From Parcubacteria group bacterium (GTDB lineage Bacteria > Patescibacteriota > Patescibacteriia > UBA9934 > GWF2-40-263), in contig JABMNZ010000026.1 in NCBI GenBank assembly GCA_013204395.1, positions 13,421 through 77,420 of the forward strand: DNA of 64,000 nucleotides. Direction: 5' to 3'. The notes under the pieces were generated by a model. That model was not told the DNA's origin and did no database searches. It saw only the letters and a program-made list of their open reading frames with translations. A program made the position numbers and the translations under genes. Below, piece by piece: positions 47,380 to 57,681 of this stretch; within the stretch, counting starts at the first letter, position 1; every line of letters begins with the position of its first letter.

Positions 47380-47763
47380 ATGGATGTAAATGCAAAAGCA
47401 AGATATGTACGCATGTCACCACGTAAAGTTCGTCTCGTGGTCGATTTGATTCGTGGAATGACTGTCGCGGAAGCTAGGTCTCAGTTGAAGTTCATGAAGA
47501 AGGCTGCCGCTGAACCAGTGTTGAAGCTGTTGAATTCTGCCGTTGCTAATGCGGAGCATAACTTCAATCTTGATACTCTGGAATTGTATGTGAAAGAGAT
47601 TAAGGCTGATGGTGGGCCAGTGTTAGGACGATGGCGCGCACGTGCATTTGGACGGGCGGCACCAATCCGAAAACGTACCACGCACATTTCTATCATAGTT
47701 AGCGAGAAGGAAAAAAAAGCTCCAAAGCAAGAAAAAGAAATTGTTAACACATCAGCAAACTAA
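47380..47763 (+). CDS. rplV: 50S ribosomal protein L22
   Basis: L22 signature. Confidence 0.9.
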   Translation: MDVNAKARYVRMSPRKVRLVVDLIRGMTVAEARSQLKFMKKAAAEPVLKLLNSAVANAEHNFNLDTLELYVKEIKADGGPVLGRWRARAFGRAAPIRKRTTHISIIVSEKEKKAPKQEKEIVNTSAN

Positions 47764-47771
47764 TCATCCGT

Positions 47772-48419
47772 ATGGGACAGAAGGTACATCCAAAAGCTTT
47801 CAGACTTGGCATCATCCGTGGATGGGACGGAGTTTGGTTTGCAAACAAAAAGAACTTTCAAAACTTACTTAAAGAGGATGTTGCCCTACGCTCGTTCTTG
47901 AAGAAAAAACTTAAGGACGCACTTGTTGATCGGATCGCGATTGAACGCTCACGTCAGGAGGTTAGACTAATCGTGCATTCTGCAAAACCAGGTATCATAA
48001 TCGGTCGTGGTGGTGCTGGAATTGAGGATTTGACCAAAGAAATAAAAGCTAAGTTCTTTCCAGGACGTCGCACAAAGTTGAGTGTTAATGTAAAGGAGCT
48101 CCAAAAACCCTCTCTTTCAGCTGAAGTGGTTGCTCAACAGATCGTTGCTGATATTGAGAAACGCATGCCATTTAGACGTGTTATGAAGATGTCTCGGGAA
48201 CGTGTCATGAAAGCAAGTGCCGAAGGAGTTAAGATCAGTGTTGCCGGCCGATTAAATGGAGCAGATATTGCTCGCACTGAAACAATTTCCCAGGGCAAGA
48301 TTCCGTTGCACAATCTTCGTTCAGACATCGACTATGCATCAGTGCCTGCACGTACAATTTTTGGGGCAATTGGTGTGAAGGTGTGGATAAATCGTGGTGA
48401 AGTCTTTGAGAATAACTAA
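47772..48419 (+). CDS. rpsC: 30S ribosomal protein S3
   Basis: KH domain, S3 signature. Confidence 0.9.
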   Translation: MGQKVHPKAFRLGIIRGWDGVWFANKKNFQNLLKEDVALRSFLKKKLKDALVDRIAIERSRQEVRLIVHSAKPGIIIGRGGAGIEDLTKEIKAKFFPGRRTKLSVNVKELQKPSLSAEVVAQQIVADIEKRMPFRRVMKMSRERVMKASAEGVKISVAGRLNGADIARTETISQGKIPLHNLRSDIDYASVPARTIFGAIGVKVWINRGEVFENN

Positions 48420-48427
48420 ACAGACGT

Positions 48428-48847
48428 ATGTTGATTCCAAAGAAACTAAAACATCGAAAATGGCATAAGGGACGTGGACGTGGAAAGCGTATTGCTTCAC
48501 GGACCACAACCATTGCATTTGGAACGATCGGATTAAAAGCAACCACCGAGGCGTGGGTGACTTCCCGTCAGATTGAAGCTGCTCGTCGTGCGATGACTCG
48601 TGCGGTAAAACGTGGTGGTAAAATCTGGATTCGCATCTTCCCAAGCAAGCCTGTTACATCCAAGGGTTCTGAAATGCCTATGGGAAAAGGTAAGGGTGCC
48701 GTTGATCACTATGTCCGAGTTGTTCGACCTGGTACTGTATTGTTTGAAATGGCTGGTGTAGATGAAGAGCTTGCAAGAAAGGCTTTGACTCTCGCGGCTC
48801 ATAAATTGCCAGTCAAGTGGAAGATTGTTACTCGAGACATGATGTAA
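48428..48847 (+). CDS. rplP: 50S ribosomal protein L16
   Basis: L16 signature. Confidence 0.9.
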   Translation: MLIPKKLKHRKWHKGRGRGKRIASRTTTIAFGTIGLKATTEAWVTSRQIEAARRAMTRAVKRGGKIWIRIFPSKPVTSKGSEMPMGKGKGAVDHYVRVVRPGTVLFEMAGVDEELARKALTLAAHKLPVKWKIVTRDMM

Positions 48848-49056
48848 TGCTTATGACAGCTCAAACTTTAAAAGACAAAACAGTGATGGCTCTTGAGAAA
48901 GAGCTTGATGAAGCAATGAATCACATTAAGGAGCTTCGTTTCAAAATTTCAGCAAATCAGCTGAAGAATGTGCGTGACGTACGAAAGACTCGTCAGGTTA
49001 TCGCACAGATTCGAACAGCTCTTGCGGAAAAGAAAACTGAGAAAGAACAAACATAA
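48847..49056 (+). CDS. rpmC: 50S ribosomal protein L29
   Basis: [11 protein letters not shown]… start overlaps L16 stop. Confidence 0.8.
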   Translation: MLMTAQTLKDKTVMALEKELDEAMNHIKELRFKISANQLKNVRDVRKTRQVIAQIRTALAEKKTEKEQT

Positions 49057-49060
49057 TTGT

Positions 49061-49309
49061 ATGACCACTGAAACAATTCAACGCAAACTTACTGGCACTG
49101 TCGTCTCAACAAAGATGGACAAGACGCTTGTGGTACGTGTAGAACGCACTGTCATACACTCAAAGTATCAAAAACGTTATGTTCAAAGCCGTAAATATCA
49201 CGTCCATGATGAGAATAATGCTTATCAGGTTGGTGAAACGGTTACGTTCCTTCAGTGTCGTCCTTATTCAAAGACTAAGTGCTGGAGAGTGCTAGCCAAG
49301 AAAGCATAG
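49061..49309 (+). CDS. rpsQ: 30S ribosomal protein S17
   Basis: S17 signature from internal ATG. Confidence 0.85.
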   Translation: MTTETIQRKLTGTVVSTKMDKTLVVRVERTVIHSKYQKRYVQSRKYHVHDENNAYQVGETVTFLQCRPYSKTKCWRVLAKKA

Positions 49310-49313
49310 TTGT

Positions 49314-49685
49314 ATGGTGCAAAATCTATCAATGCTACAGGTCGCAGATAATAGTGGGGCTAAAAGGCTCATGGTTATTCGTGTTCTTGGAGGGTACAAG
49401 AAGAGATATGCAGGCATAGGGGATATTATCACCGCGACAGTGAAAGAGGCGATTCCCCATGGCAATATCAAAAAAAGTGATATTGTCACAGCTGTGGTTG
49501 TTCGAACAAGAAAAGAAACTCGTAGGAAGAATGGTACGTACATTCGTTTTGATGAGAACGCAGCGGTAATTATTGATAAGAAAACGAAAGAACCTAAAGG
49601 AACGCGCATTTTCGGGCCTATTGCTCGCGAGCTTCGTTCTCTAGGTTATAAAAAGATCATTTCTTTGGCCCCAGAGGTCCTTTAG
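49314..49685 (+). CDS. rplN: 50S ribosomal protein L14
   Basis: …VADNSGAK…. Confidence 0.9.
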   Translation: MVQNLSMLQVADNSGAKRLMVIRVLGGYKKRYAGIGDIITATVKEAIPHGNIKKSDIVTAVVVRTRKETRRKNGTYIRFDENAAVIIDKKTKEPKGTRIFGPIARELRSLGYKKIISLAPEVL

Positions 49686-49689
49686 TTGT

Positions 49690-50013
49690 ATGAAGATTAA
49701 AACTGGTGACAACGTCCGAGTTCTCTCGGGAAAAGACAAGGGAAAGCAAGGGAAGGTTCTTCAGGTGTTTCCTGAACTGAGCCGTCTTGTTGTTGATGAA
49801 GTAAACATGATGACAAAACATCTTCGTAAGCAAGGAGATCGCCCAGGTCAGAAGATTCAGTTTCCGGCTCCACTTCATATTTCAAATGTTCAACTAGTAT
49901 CATCAAAGAGTGGTATATCTGGACGTGTTGGGTATAAGATGATTGAAAAGGATGGTGCAAAAACGAAAATCCGTGTAATTCGATCGAAGGGTCAATCAGA
50001 AGATATTGAATAA
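49690..50013 (+). CDS. rplX: 50S ribosomal protein L24
   Basis: KOW motif. Confidence 0.9.
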   Translation: MKIKTGDNVRVLSGKDKGKQGKVLQVFPELSRLVVDEVNMMTKHLRKQGDRPGQKIQFPAPLHISNVQLVSSKSGISGRVGYKMIEKDGAKTKIRVIRSKGQSEDIE

Positions 50014-50020
50014 TCTTATG

Positions 50021-50560
50021 GCATTTAAAGCATTTTACAACCAAGAGGTGATCCCTAAGCTCCGTGAGGAATTCGGTTTCAAAAACCCAAATGCCGTACC
50101 GACTGTTAAGTCAATTGTATTGAATGTGGGTCTTGGTTCTGGCCTAAAAGATTCCAAGTTCATTGAAACGGTTGAAAATACTCTGACTCGAATTTCTGGA
50201 CAAAAACCAGTAAATACCAAGGCTAGAAAATCGATTGCTGGCTTTAAGATTCGTGAGGGGAATGTTGTTGGAATGAAAGTGACATTGAGGGGTGCACGTA
50301 TGTGGGATTTTCTCGAAAAACTTATAAAGGTCTCCTTACCACGCGTTCGAGACTTCCGTGGTTTGTCGGGTCAGTCATTTGATGGGCAAGGAAATTACTC
50401 AATGGGTTTAAAAGAACACATCGCGTTTCCGGAAATTCGAAGTGATGAGATTGAGCAGATTCACGGCGTACAAGTCACCATATCAACATCGTCAGAGAAT
50501 GATGATCAAGCTCGGTCCCTCCTCACTCATCTCGGTCTTCCACTGAAAAAGCAGGAATAA
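50021..50560 (+). CDS. rplE: 50S ribosomal protein L5
   Basis: L5 signature; start at internal ATG after L24 stop. Confidence 0.9.
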   Translation, partial: AFKAFYNQEVIPKLREEFGFKNPNAVPTVKSIVLNVGLGSGLKDSKFIETVENTLTRISGQKPVNTKARKSIAGFKIREGNVVGMKVTLRGARMWDFLEKLIKVSLPRVRDFRGLSGQSFDGQGNYSMGLKEHIAFPEIRSDEIEQIHGVQVTISTSSENDDQARSLLTHLGLPLKKQE

Positions 50561-50563
50561 CCT

Positions 50564-50749
50564 ATGGCAACTGAAAACCAAATTGCTAAATCAAAAAAGA
50601 CACCAAAGTTTTCATCGAGAACGGTGAATCGTTGCTGGTGTTGCGGACGGAAACGTGGGTACATGCGGGCCTTCGGTCTTTGTAGAATCTGTTTCCGTGA
50701 GCTTGCAAACCGAGGAGAAATTCCAGGTGTAAGAAAATCAAGCTGGTAG
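50564..50749 (+). CDS. rpsZ: 30S ribosomal protein S14 type Z (zinc-binding)
   Basis: 61 aa with CxxC…CxxC. Confidence 0.9.
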   Translation: MATENQIAKSKKTPKFSSRTVNRCWCCGRKRGYMRAFGLCRICFRELANRGEIPGVRKSSW

Positions 50750-50750
50750 T

Positions 50751-51143
50751 ATGATGACTGATCCAATTTCAGACATGTTGACACGCATTCGTAATGCGCA
50801 GATGGTCCATAAATCTGACGTGTCTTTGCCATACTCAAAAATGAAGTTCGCCATTGCAAAGCTTTTGCAAAAAGAAGGATACGTAGGGAAAGTCGATCGT
50901 ATCGAGGTGGCTAAATTTTCTGAGTTGCATATTCAACTTAACTACAACGATCGTGCTCCAAAAATCCAGTCTATTAGACGGGTGAGTAAACCTGGTCGTC
51001 GCGTATACGCGAAGTTTTCTGAACTTCCTCGTGTACTTTCTGATTACGGAATTGCTATCATTTCGACACCAAACGGTATAATGACCAATAAAGAAGCTCG
51101 AGCCCGACATCTTGGGGGAGAGGTTATTTGCGAGATTTCATAG
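50751..51143 (+). CDS. rpsH: 30S ribosomal protein S8
   Basis: S8 signature. Confidence 0.9.
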   Translation: MMTDPISDMLTRIRNAQMVHKSDVSLPYSKMKFAIAKLLQKEGYVGKVDRIEVAKFSELHIQLNYNDRAPKIQSIRRVSKPGRRVYAKFSELPRVLSDYGIAIISTPNGIMTNKEARARHLGGEVICEIS

Positions 51144-51145
51144 AT

Positions 51146-51703
51146 ATGTCACGTGTTGGAAAAAAACTAGTGGTTATCCCAAATGGCGTTGATGTCACAG
51201 TTGATGGCAATGTCGTTACGGTGAAAGGCCCAAAAGGACAGTTATTTGAGAACCTCAACGAGGCTGTATCAATTTCTCTTTCTGATATTGATGGAGTAAA
51301 AGCGGTTAATGTTACGGTTACAAATGAGACTGACAAGAATGAGCGTTCTCAGTGGGGAACGGCTCGTGCATTAATATCCAATATGGTAGTTGGTGTGACT
51401 GACGGGTTCTCAAAACAATTGGAGGTGAATGGTGTTGGGTATCGTGTAAACTTATCTGGACGTGCTGTTGTTCTGAACGTTGGATACTCACACGAGGTTC
51501 CTTATCAGCTTCCAGATGGAATTGAAGCGTCAGTAGAGGGGAATCTTATAACCATTTCTGGTGCAAGCAAACACATGGTTGGTGAAGTTGCTGACAACAT
51601 TCGGAAGGTTCGAAAGCCAGAGCCATACAAGGGCAAAGGTATTAAATATGTCGATGAGATTATCCGTCGTAAGGCTGGTAAAACTCAGAAGGCTGGTGAA
51701 TAG
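51146..51703 (+). CDS. rplF: 50S ribosomal protein L6
   Basis: MSRVGKK…. Confidence 0.9.
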   Translation: MSRVGKKLVVIPNGVDVTVDGNVVTVKGPKGQLFENLNEAVSISLSDIDGVKAVNVTVTNETDKNERSQWGTARALISNMVVGVTDGFSKQLEVNGVGYRVNLSGRAVVLNVGYSHEVPYQLPDGIEASVEGNLITISGASKHMVGEVADNIRKVRKPEPYKGKGIKYVDEIIRRKAGKTQKAGE

Positions 51704-51706
51704 TCT

Positions 51707-52057
51707 ATGAATTCCTCTACAAAACAAAATGCTGCAAAACGTCGGGCACATCGAACACGTGCCCGTCTACATGGGACAAGTGAACGACCACGTTTAACCG
51801 TGAAGCGTTCTCTTAAGCATGTGTATGCTCAACTTATCGATGACGATAAGGGTGTGACCATTGTCTCTGCTTCAGATAAAGATATCGCCACTAAAGGTAA
51901 ACCTCTTGAAGTTGCTCAGGCGGTGGGGGTATTAATTGCAGAAAAGGCAAAGGTCGCAGGGTTAACTGCAGCCATTTTTGATAGAGGGAGTTATCGGTAT
52001 CATGGTCGTGTGGCTGCGATTGCTGACGGCGCTCGTGAAGCAGGGTTGAAAATCTAA
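51707..52057 (+). CDS. rplR: 50S ribosomal protein L18
   Basis: L18 signature. Confidence 0.9.
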   Translation: MNSSTKQNAAKRRAHRTRARLHGTSERPRLTVKRSLKHVYAQLIDDDKGVTIVSASDKDIATKGKPLEVAQAVGVLIAEKAKVAGLTAAIFDRGSYRYHGRVAAIADGAREAGLKI

Positions 52058-52061
52058 ACGT

Positions 52062-52703
52062 ATGGCTGAAACAACAAGAACAACTTACAAAAAGCCAGGG
52101 GATAACACGAATAATTCTTCTGGTGGAAACGATCGAAATCGTGGCCGAGGCCGTGGTCGTGGTAAACGTCCAGAAAGAGCTCCACAAGAATTTGAGCAGA
52201 AAATTCTTGATCTTGCTCGTGTGACTCGAGTTACCGCTGGTGGAAAGCGTATGTCTTTCCGTTGCGCACTCGTGATCGGTGATAAAAAGGGGCGAGTTGG
52301 ATTTGGTGTGGCAAAGGGTGCCGACGTGCAGATTGCTATTGAAAAAGCTTTCAAACAGGCAAAAAAGAATGTTATTACAGTTCCAATTATTGATGAGACC
52401 ATTCCTCATTTAGTCTGGGTGAAATACGGTTCAGCTTTGGTAATGTTAAAACCAGCTCCTGCTGGTACTGGACTTAAGGCTGGTGGCGCTATGCGTATGG
52501 TGCTGGAGTTTGCCGGAGTTCCAAATGCTGTTTCAAAAATTGTAAACTCATCAAATAAAATAAACATTGCTAAGGCCACGCTTGAGGGCATCCGACAGAT
52601 GCGAGTCATTGAGAGACCTGCTAAGAAGCAGGCGCCAGCGACTCCAGACGCGTCAGCGGAAAAAGTGGAAGCAGTGGTTGTTGATAAGGAAACCACAAAA
52701 TAA
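52062..52703 (+). CDS. rpsE: 30S ribosomal protein S5 with Gly/Arg-rich N-terminal extension
   Basis: S5 core from ~aa 45; N-term GGNDRNRGRGRGRGKRPE. Confidence 0.9.
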   Translation: MAETTRTTYKKPGDNTNNSSGGNDRNRGRGRGRGKRPERAPQEFEQKILDLARVTRVTAGGKRMSFRCALVIGDKKGRVGFGVAKGADVQIAIEKAFKQAKKNVITVPIIDETIPHLVWVKYGSALVMLKPAPAGTGLKAGGAMRMVLEFAGVPNAVSKIVNSSNKINIAKATLEGIRQMRVIERPAKKQAPATPDASAEKVEAVVVDKETTK

Positions 52704-52708
52704 TTGAT

Positions 52709-53155
52709 ATGCCACTTACTCTAAATACAATCTCGCCAAAGAAAGGCTCACGTAAATCCAAAAAACGTATTGGACGTGGTTTAGGTTCAACAGGTCGTTA
52801 TAGTGGACGTGGTATCAAAGGACAGCGTTCCCGTTCTGGTGGAAAATCTGGTCTTGCCTTGAAGGGTCTCCGTCAAGTCATGTTGGCCACACCAAAGCAA
52901 AAAGGATTCAAGAGCGGACGTCCTAAGGCTCAAGTTGTTAATGTTTCTGCTTTGAATAAAGCATTTAAAGGTGGGGTGAAAGTGACACCAAAGCTTCTTG
53001 TGCAAAAAGGACTTATTTCAAATATCACAGATCCTGTAAAGATTCTCGGTACAGGTTCAATTGCCATTACTATAACAGTCTCAGGTTGCAATGTTTCAGA
53101 GGCCGCTAAGAAGAAGATTGAGGATGCAGGCGGAAGTGTAATTATCTCCAAGTAA
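52709..53155 (+). CDS. rplO: 50S ribosomal protein L15
   Basis: L15 signature. Confidence 0.9.
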   Translation: MPLTLNTISPKKGSRKSKKRIGRGLGSTGRYSGRGIKGQRSRSGGKSGLALKGLRQVMLATPKQKGFKSGRPKAQVVNVSALNKAFKGGVKVTPKLLVQKGLISNITDPVKILGTGSIAITITVSGCNVSEAAKKKIEDAGGSVIISK

Positions 53156-53164
53156 TCATTCGTT

Positions 53165-54427
53165 ATGAACACGCTCCTTCGCATTTGGAAAGTGAAAGAG
53201 GTGCGCAACAGCATTCTCTTCATTATTGCCATGCTCATTCTTTTTAGAATCACGGCACATATTCCTGTTCCTGGTGTAGATGCGAGTGTGCTCAAAGATA
53301 TTTTTGGTGATAATCAATTCTTTGGTCTCCTTAACATCTTTTCAGGTGGAACCCTTGAGAGCTTCTCGGTGGTGGCTATGGGGGTCATGCCGTACATTAC
53401 AGCCTCGATCATTTTTCAGCTTCTTGGCATGATTGTCCCCCAGATTGAGGAAATGCAGAAAGAAGAACAGGGACGCCAGAAGATAAATCAGTGGACTCGA
53501 TTAGCAACAATTCCATTGTCTGCCGTACAGGCTTATGGTCTCATTTTACTTCTTTCTCAGCAGGGAAGCTTTTTTACAAGTTCAAGTGGGTGGATGACAT
53601 TATTTGCCATCGTGAGCATGACCACAGGTACGGTTTTCCTCATGTGGATTGGAGAGCTAATTTCAGAAAAAAACATTGGAAACGGAATTTCGATTCTGAT
53701 CCTAGCTGGTATTATTGCTGGACTTCCAACTTTCTTGAGCCAGTCCCTTTCAATTTACGATCGTAGTCAGCTCGTCACTTTGATTCTGTTTGTTGCAGCA
53801 TCAATTATAACTGTTGTGAGTATCGTGATTATGAACGAGGCTCAGCGCAATATACCTGTTCAGTATGCAAGGCACATGCGAGGATCACGACTCTCTGGGT
53901 CTGTGAGTTCTCACATTCCACTTCGTCTGAACATGGGTGGTGTGATTCCAATCATTTTCGCCATTTCCATAGTCTTGTTCCCAACCATGATTGCTCAGTT
54001 TTTCATCAATGCACGAACAGTGTGGTTGCGTGAGGTTGCGACATGGACACTTCAAATTTTTCAGAACCAACTATTCTACGGAATTATCTACTTCGTTCTT
54101 GTATTCACATTCGCATATTTCTATACGGCCGTAATTTTTCATCCAGATCAAGTGGCTGAAAATATCCAGAAGCAAGGAGGATTTATTCCTGGTATTCGAC
54201 CTGGGAAACAGACATCTGATTATCTAGGTTGGGTCGTAAACCGTTTACTCTTTGTTGGTGCCAGCTTCCTGTCATTAGTTGCTGTTCTTCCACTTATAGT
54301 TCAACAGTTTACTGGTAATGCCAGTTTAGTTATTGGTGGCACATCAATTCTGATCATTGTTGCTGTTGTGATTGACTCTGTAAGACAGGTTGAGGCACAG
54401 CTTACGATGCGTGAGTACGATGCCTAG
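53165..54427 (+). CDS. secY: preprotein translocase SecY
   Basis: 10 TM SecY topology and motifs. Confidence 0.95.
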   Translation: MNTLLRIWKVKEVRNSILFIIAMLILFRITAHIPVPGVDASVLKDIFGDNQFFGLLNIFSGGTLESFSVVAMGVMPYITASIIFQLLGMIVPQIEEMQKEEQGRQKINQWTRLATIPLSAVQAYGLILLLSQQGSFFTSSSGWMTLFAIVSMTTGTVFLMWIGELISEKNIGNGISILILAGIIAGLPTFLSQSLSIYDRSQLVTLILFVAASIITVVSIVIMNEAQRNIPVQYARHMRGSRLSGSVSSHIPLRLNMGGVIPIIFAISIVLFPTMIAQFFINARTVWLREVATWTLQIFQNQLFYGIIYFVLVFTFAYFYTAVIFHPDQVAENIQKQGGFIPGIRPGKQTSDYLGWVVNRLLFVGASFLSLVAVLPLIVQQFTGNASLVIGGTSILIIVAVVIDSVRQVEAQLTMREYDA

Positions 54428-54519
54428 GGACTTAATAGAAATATCTCATCAAAGAATCCGTCACTTGGCGGATTTTTGAATACTCGACGCCCTGACGAAT
54501 TTTGCTATACTGGGCCCAT

Positions 54520-55137
54520 ATGATGCATAAAATATTACTTATGGGTCCGCAGGGAAGCGGAAAAGGAACAGAGGCAGAAATCTTCTCAGAAAGACTTAAT
54601 ATCCCGGCGTTTGGAATGGGACAGCTTATTCGAGATGAAATTGTCACAGGATCAGATTTTGGTAAGAAAATGGAAGAGATCATTTTGCGTGGAGAGCTTG
54701 TCTCAGATGAGAACGCCGCGCATCTGCTGAAACTTCGACTTGCAAAACCCGATACTGAAAACGGATACATTCTTGATGGATATCCTCGTAACATCTCCCA
54801 ATACAATGCCTTTGATTTTGACACGCCCACACACGTTCTTGTGATAGACATACCGCGCGACGAGTCGCTTAAGCGTCTTAGTGGCCGGCTTACCTGTAAA
54901 GGTTGTGGCAGGGTCGGGGCAGTGAGTGGTGATCTAAAGGCTGGTGATCTTTGTGGGTGTGGAGGGGAGTGGTACCAACGGGACGATGACACACCAGAGG
55001 CAATAACTCGTCGACTAGAGATTTATAAAAATGATACTGCACCTGTTATTGAAAAATATGGAGATCTTGTGAAGATGATAGATGGGGTTGGTAGTATTGA
55101 AGTGGTAACAGATCGGATTGAAAAAGTACTAGCGTAA
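54520..55137 (+). CDS. adk: adenylate kinase (zinc-lid type)
   Basis: LLMGPQGSGKGT P-loop; CxxC…CxC lid. Confidence 0.9.
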   Translation: MMHKILLMGPQGSGKGTEAEIFSERLNIPAFGMGQLIRDEIVTGSDFGKKMEEIILRGELVSDENAAHLLKLRLAKPDTENGYILDGYPRNISQYNAFDFDTPTHVLVIDIPRDESLKRLSGRLTCKGCGRVGAVSGDLKAGDLCGCGGEWYQRDDDTPEAITRRLEIYKNDTAPVIEKYGDLVKMIDGVGSIEVVTDRIEKVLA

Positions 55138-55139
55138 TT

Positions 55140-55922
55140 ATGGCTTTGACTAAAACAACCGAAGAAATTGATTCAATGAGACGTGGCGGAGCTTTGCTTT
55201 CAAAAGCATTGGGAGCGGCCGTGGCTTTGGTAGCTCCCGGTGTGAGATTGAGAGAGCTCGATGCTGCTGCAGAGAAAGTTATCCTAGATGGTGGCGGACA
55301 ACCTTCATTTAAGGGGTATAAGGGTCATCCAGATGATACTCCGTTTCCAAGCACTGTTTGTATTTCTGTTGATGAAGAAATTGTTCACGGTTTAGGAAAT
55401 CGAGATCGTGTACTTGTAGAGGGAGAAATTGTTGGTTTAGATATTGGTCTATGGCTTGAAGGACTTTGCACAGACATGGCCATCACTGTACCTGTTGGAA
55501 AAGTGAATCAAGCACTGATCGACCTGATGCAAGTTACACGCGATTCATTAATGAAGGGGGTCGAGGCTGCACGTGTTGGTTCTGCCATTAAGGATATTAG
55601 TAGGGCCATTGAAGAGCATGTTAAGCCGCATGAGTATGGAATTGTACGCGCCCTTGTTGGGCATGGTGTTGGGCATCAGGTACATGAGGCTCCACATGTA
55701 CCAAACTTCGTTTCAAGTAGCTATCCTTATATCGAAATTCAAGAAGGTATGTGCCTCGCACTCGAGCCTATGGTTGGGTTGGGTGGAGACCCGCGTATTG
55801 ATACAGCTGATGACGGTTGGAGTATTCTCATGAGAGACGGCAAGCCAGGTGCACACTTTGAGGTCACGATTGCTATCACGAAAGAAGGTGGGGCAGAAAT
55901 TCTTACTCCGCTGCCTGTATGA
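55140..55922 (+). CDS. map: type I methionine aminopeptidase
   Basis: MAP metal ligands D/D/H/E/E pattern. Confidence 0.9.
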   Translation: MALTKTTEEIDSMRRGGALLSKALGAAVALVAPGVRLRELDAAAEKVILDGGGQPSFKGYKGHPDDTPFPSTVCISVDEEIVHGLGNRDRVLVEGEIVGLDIGLWLEGLCTDMAITVPVGKVNQALIDLMQVTRDSLMKGVEAARVGSAIKDISRAIEEHVKPHEYGIVRALVGHGVGHQVHEAPHVPNFVSSSYPYIEIQEGMCLALEPMVGLGGDPRIDTADDGWSILMRDGKPGAHFEVTIAITKEGGAEILTPLPV

Positions 55923-56311
55923 GAATTTTGGGAATCGACTACGGTGATAAAAAGATAGGTTTGGCTTTCGGGGAAAGCGATGCTCGATTAGCGATACCTT
56001 TAGATGTTGCGCCAAACAAAGGAGAGGAAACTATTCGAATTTTTGCTGAGCGCGCTAAGGTTGATGATATTGATTTGATCGTCGTGGGTGTTCCTCTTTC
56101 TACTGGTGGACATCATGACTCCGAACAACTTAAAAAGACTCGGACTTTTATTGATGCTCTGCGACTGGCAGTTGAGATTCCTGTGGAAGAACAAGACGAA
56201 TCTTTTACAACAGCAGACAGTATTCGTTTACAAGAAGAAGAGGGTGCTACAGCGGATGAGGATGCCCTAGCTGCCATGCTGATTATTAAATCGTATTTTG
56301 ATAGTATTTAA
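55919..56311 (+). CDS. ruvX: YqgF/RuvX-like Holliday-junction-resolvase-fold nuclease
   Basis: ILGIDYGDKKIGLA N-terminus. Confidence 0.8.
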   Translation: MRILGIDYGDKKIGLAFGESDARLAIPLDVAPNKGEETIRIFAERAKVDDIDLIVVGVPLSTGGHHDSEQLKKTRTFIDALRLAVEIPVEEQDESFTTADSIRLQEEEGATADEDALAAMLIIKSYFDSI

Positions 56312-56319
56312 GAAAGTAT

Positions 56320-56778
56320 ATGACAGCGCACTCTGAAAGATTCAAAGCCATTCCCTCCGTGTACCTGATTTTGCTCAATGATGCAGGAGAGGTGCTGCTG
56401 TTAAAGCGTCAGAACACTGGTTACAAAGATGGGGAGTGGGGATTGCCCGCAGGGCACGTCGATGGCAAAGAGGAGCTTAAGGTTGCTATGGCACGTGAGG
56501 CCAAGGAAGAAGTTGGGATTGATCTTGATCCAGAGTATCTGTCACTTTCACATGTCATGCACCGCAATCATGAAGAGCGCGAAGAAGATGAGCGCATGGA
56601 CTTTTTCTTCACCTCGCGCAAATGGACTGGTGAGATAAGTAACTGTGAGGAACATAAATGTTCGGAACTCATGTGGGCGCCCATGGACAATCTTCCAGAT
56701 GGTGTGATCGACTATTACATTGAGGTCTTCGATAAGATTCGTCAGGGAGAGGTGTACAGTAGTCGTGGGTGGAATTAA
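56320..56778 (+). CDS. Nudix hydrolase (MutT-like)
   Basis: GEWGLPAGHVDGKEELKVAMAREAKEEVG Nudix box. Confidence 0.75.
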   Translation: MTAHSERFKAIPSVYLILLNDAGEVLLLKRQNTGYKDGEWGLPAGHVDGKEELKVAMAREAKEEVGIDLDPEYLSLSHVMHRNHEEREEDERMDFFFTSRKWTGEISNCEEHKCSELMWAPMDNLPDGVIDYYIEVFDKIRQGEVYSSRGWN

Positions 56779-56795
56779 TAAAGAACTATTTGAAT

Positions 56796-57044
56796 ATGGA
56801 ATCAAGAAACTCACATCGCATGTCAGGAAAAGAAGTGGCCGCACTTTTTGGGCGCGAAGAACTTCTGGCAGAGGAAGCGCGACTAGAAGAGCTGAAAGCT
56901 GAGCTGACTGTGCATGAGGAAAACAAGGAGCTTGACTGGGAGACCTATGAAACAGAGCGCGCACGTCTCCGAGAAGAGGTTCGTGTCCAAGATGGAAAGG
57001 TTCGTGCTGGCAGCAGAGAGTGGGCAAAGAAACGCGCGAGTTAA
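56796..57044 (+). CDS. small coiled-coil hypothetical protein
   Basis: ORF from internal ATG. Confidence 0.3.
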   Translation: MESRNSHRMSGKEVAALFGREELLAEEARLEELKAELTVHEENKELDWETYETERARLREEVRVQDGKVRAGSREWAKKRAS

Positions 57045-57066
57045 TGGGATGTTGAACTAGAGTATG

Positions 57067-57097
57067 AAAACAGCCAATGTGGCTGTTTTTTGTTTTG
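57067..57097 (+). terminator. rho-independent terminator
   Basis: aaaacagcc-aatgt-ggctgtttt + TTTTGTTTTG; near-identical copy at 58036. Confidence 0.8.
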
Positions 57098-57177
57098 CGC
57101 GTGCACGAATGAAACCATTGACAAAACTATAAAAATATGGAAATATATTGCACGCAACATTGGAATTGGAGACCCAC

Positions 57178-57597
57178 ATGCACATGGCCATCGGGCTGCT
57201 CGCAGTCCTCTATCTCGTCTCGGCGCGCCTGATCGGCCTGCCACTTGCCAAGCTGTCCTGGGACATCTGGGACGGCGTGAAGAGGGATCACCCTCGCGCC
57301 AAGTTCTTCTTCCCCATCTCGGTGAAGTCGAGGTACTTCGGCAACGATTACTTCGCCTGGAGCCTTCTCATGAGCTTCTGGCACGGTGAGTTCAGTGGCA
57401 ATGGGTTCGGGGTCATGAATCCGGGACCTCGTGCTCGGGCGTACTACTTCTTCACCTACGCCATGACCTGGCCCATCGACGTGGCCATCAACGTGACCCT
57501 CATGACGGTCTTCTTCCTATACGGGGTCGCTGCCCGGCTCTGGAACAGCAGCTGCGACCTGCTCTACAAGGGCGTGACAGCAGTCGTTGGGTCCTAG
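57178..57597 (+). CDS. hypothetical membrane protein (high GC)
   Basis: GGAGA RBS 5 nt upstream of ATG 57178; 3-4 TM helices. Confidence 0.45.
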   Translation: MHMAIGLLAVLYLVSARLIGLPLAKLSWDIWDGVKRDHPRAKFFFPISVKSRYFGNDYFAWSLLMSFWHGEFSGNGFGVMNPGPRARAYYFFTYAMTWPIDVAINVTLMTVFFLYGVAARLWNSSCDLLYKGVTAVVGS

Positions 57598-57681
57598 TAC
57601 CCACGCTCCCGGTCTTCTGATCGGGTTTTTTCATTGGTATTTTTTTGACGCTCAGATCGAGTGTATATAAGATGCTCTGGT

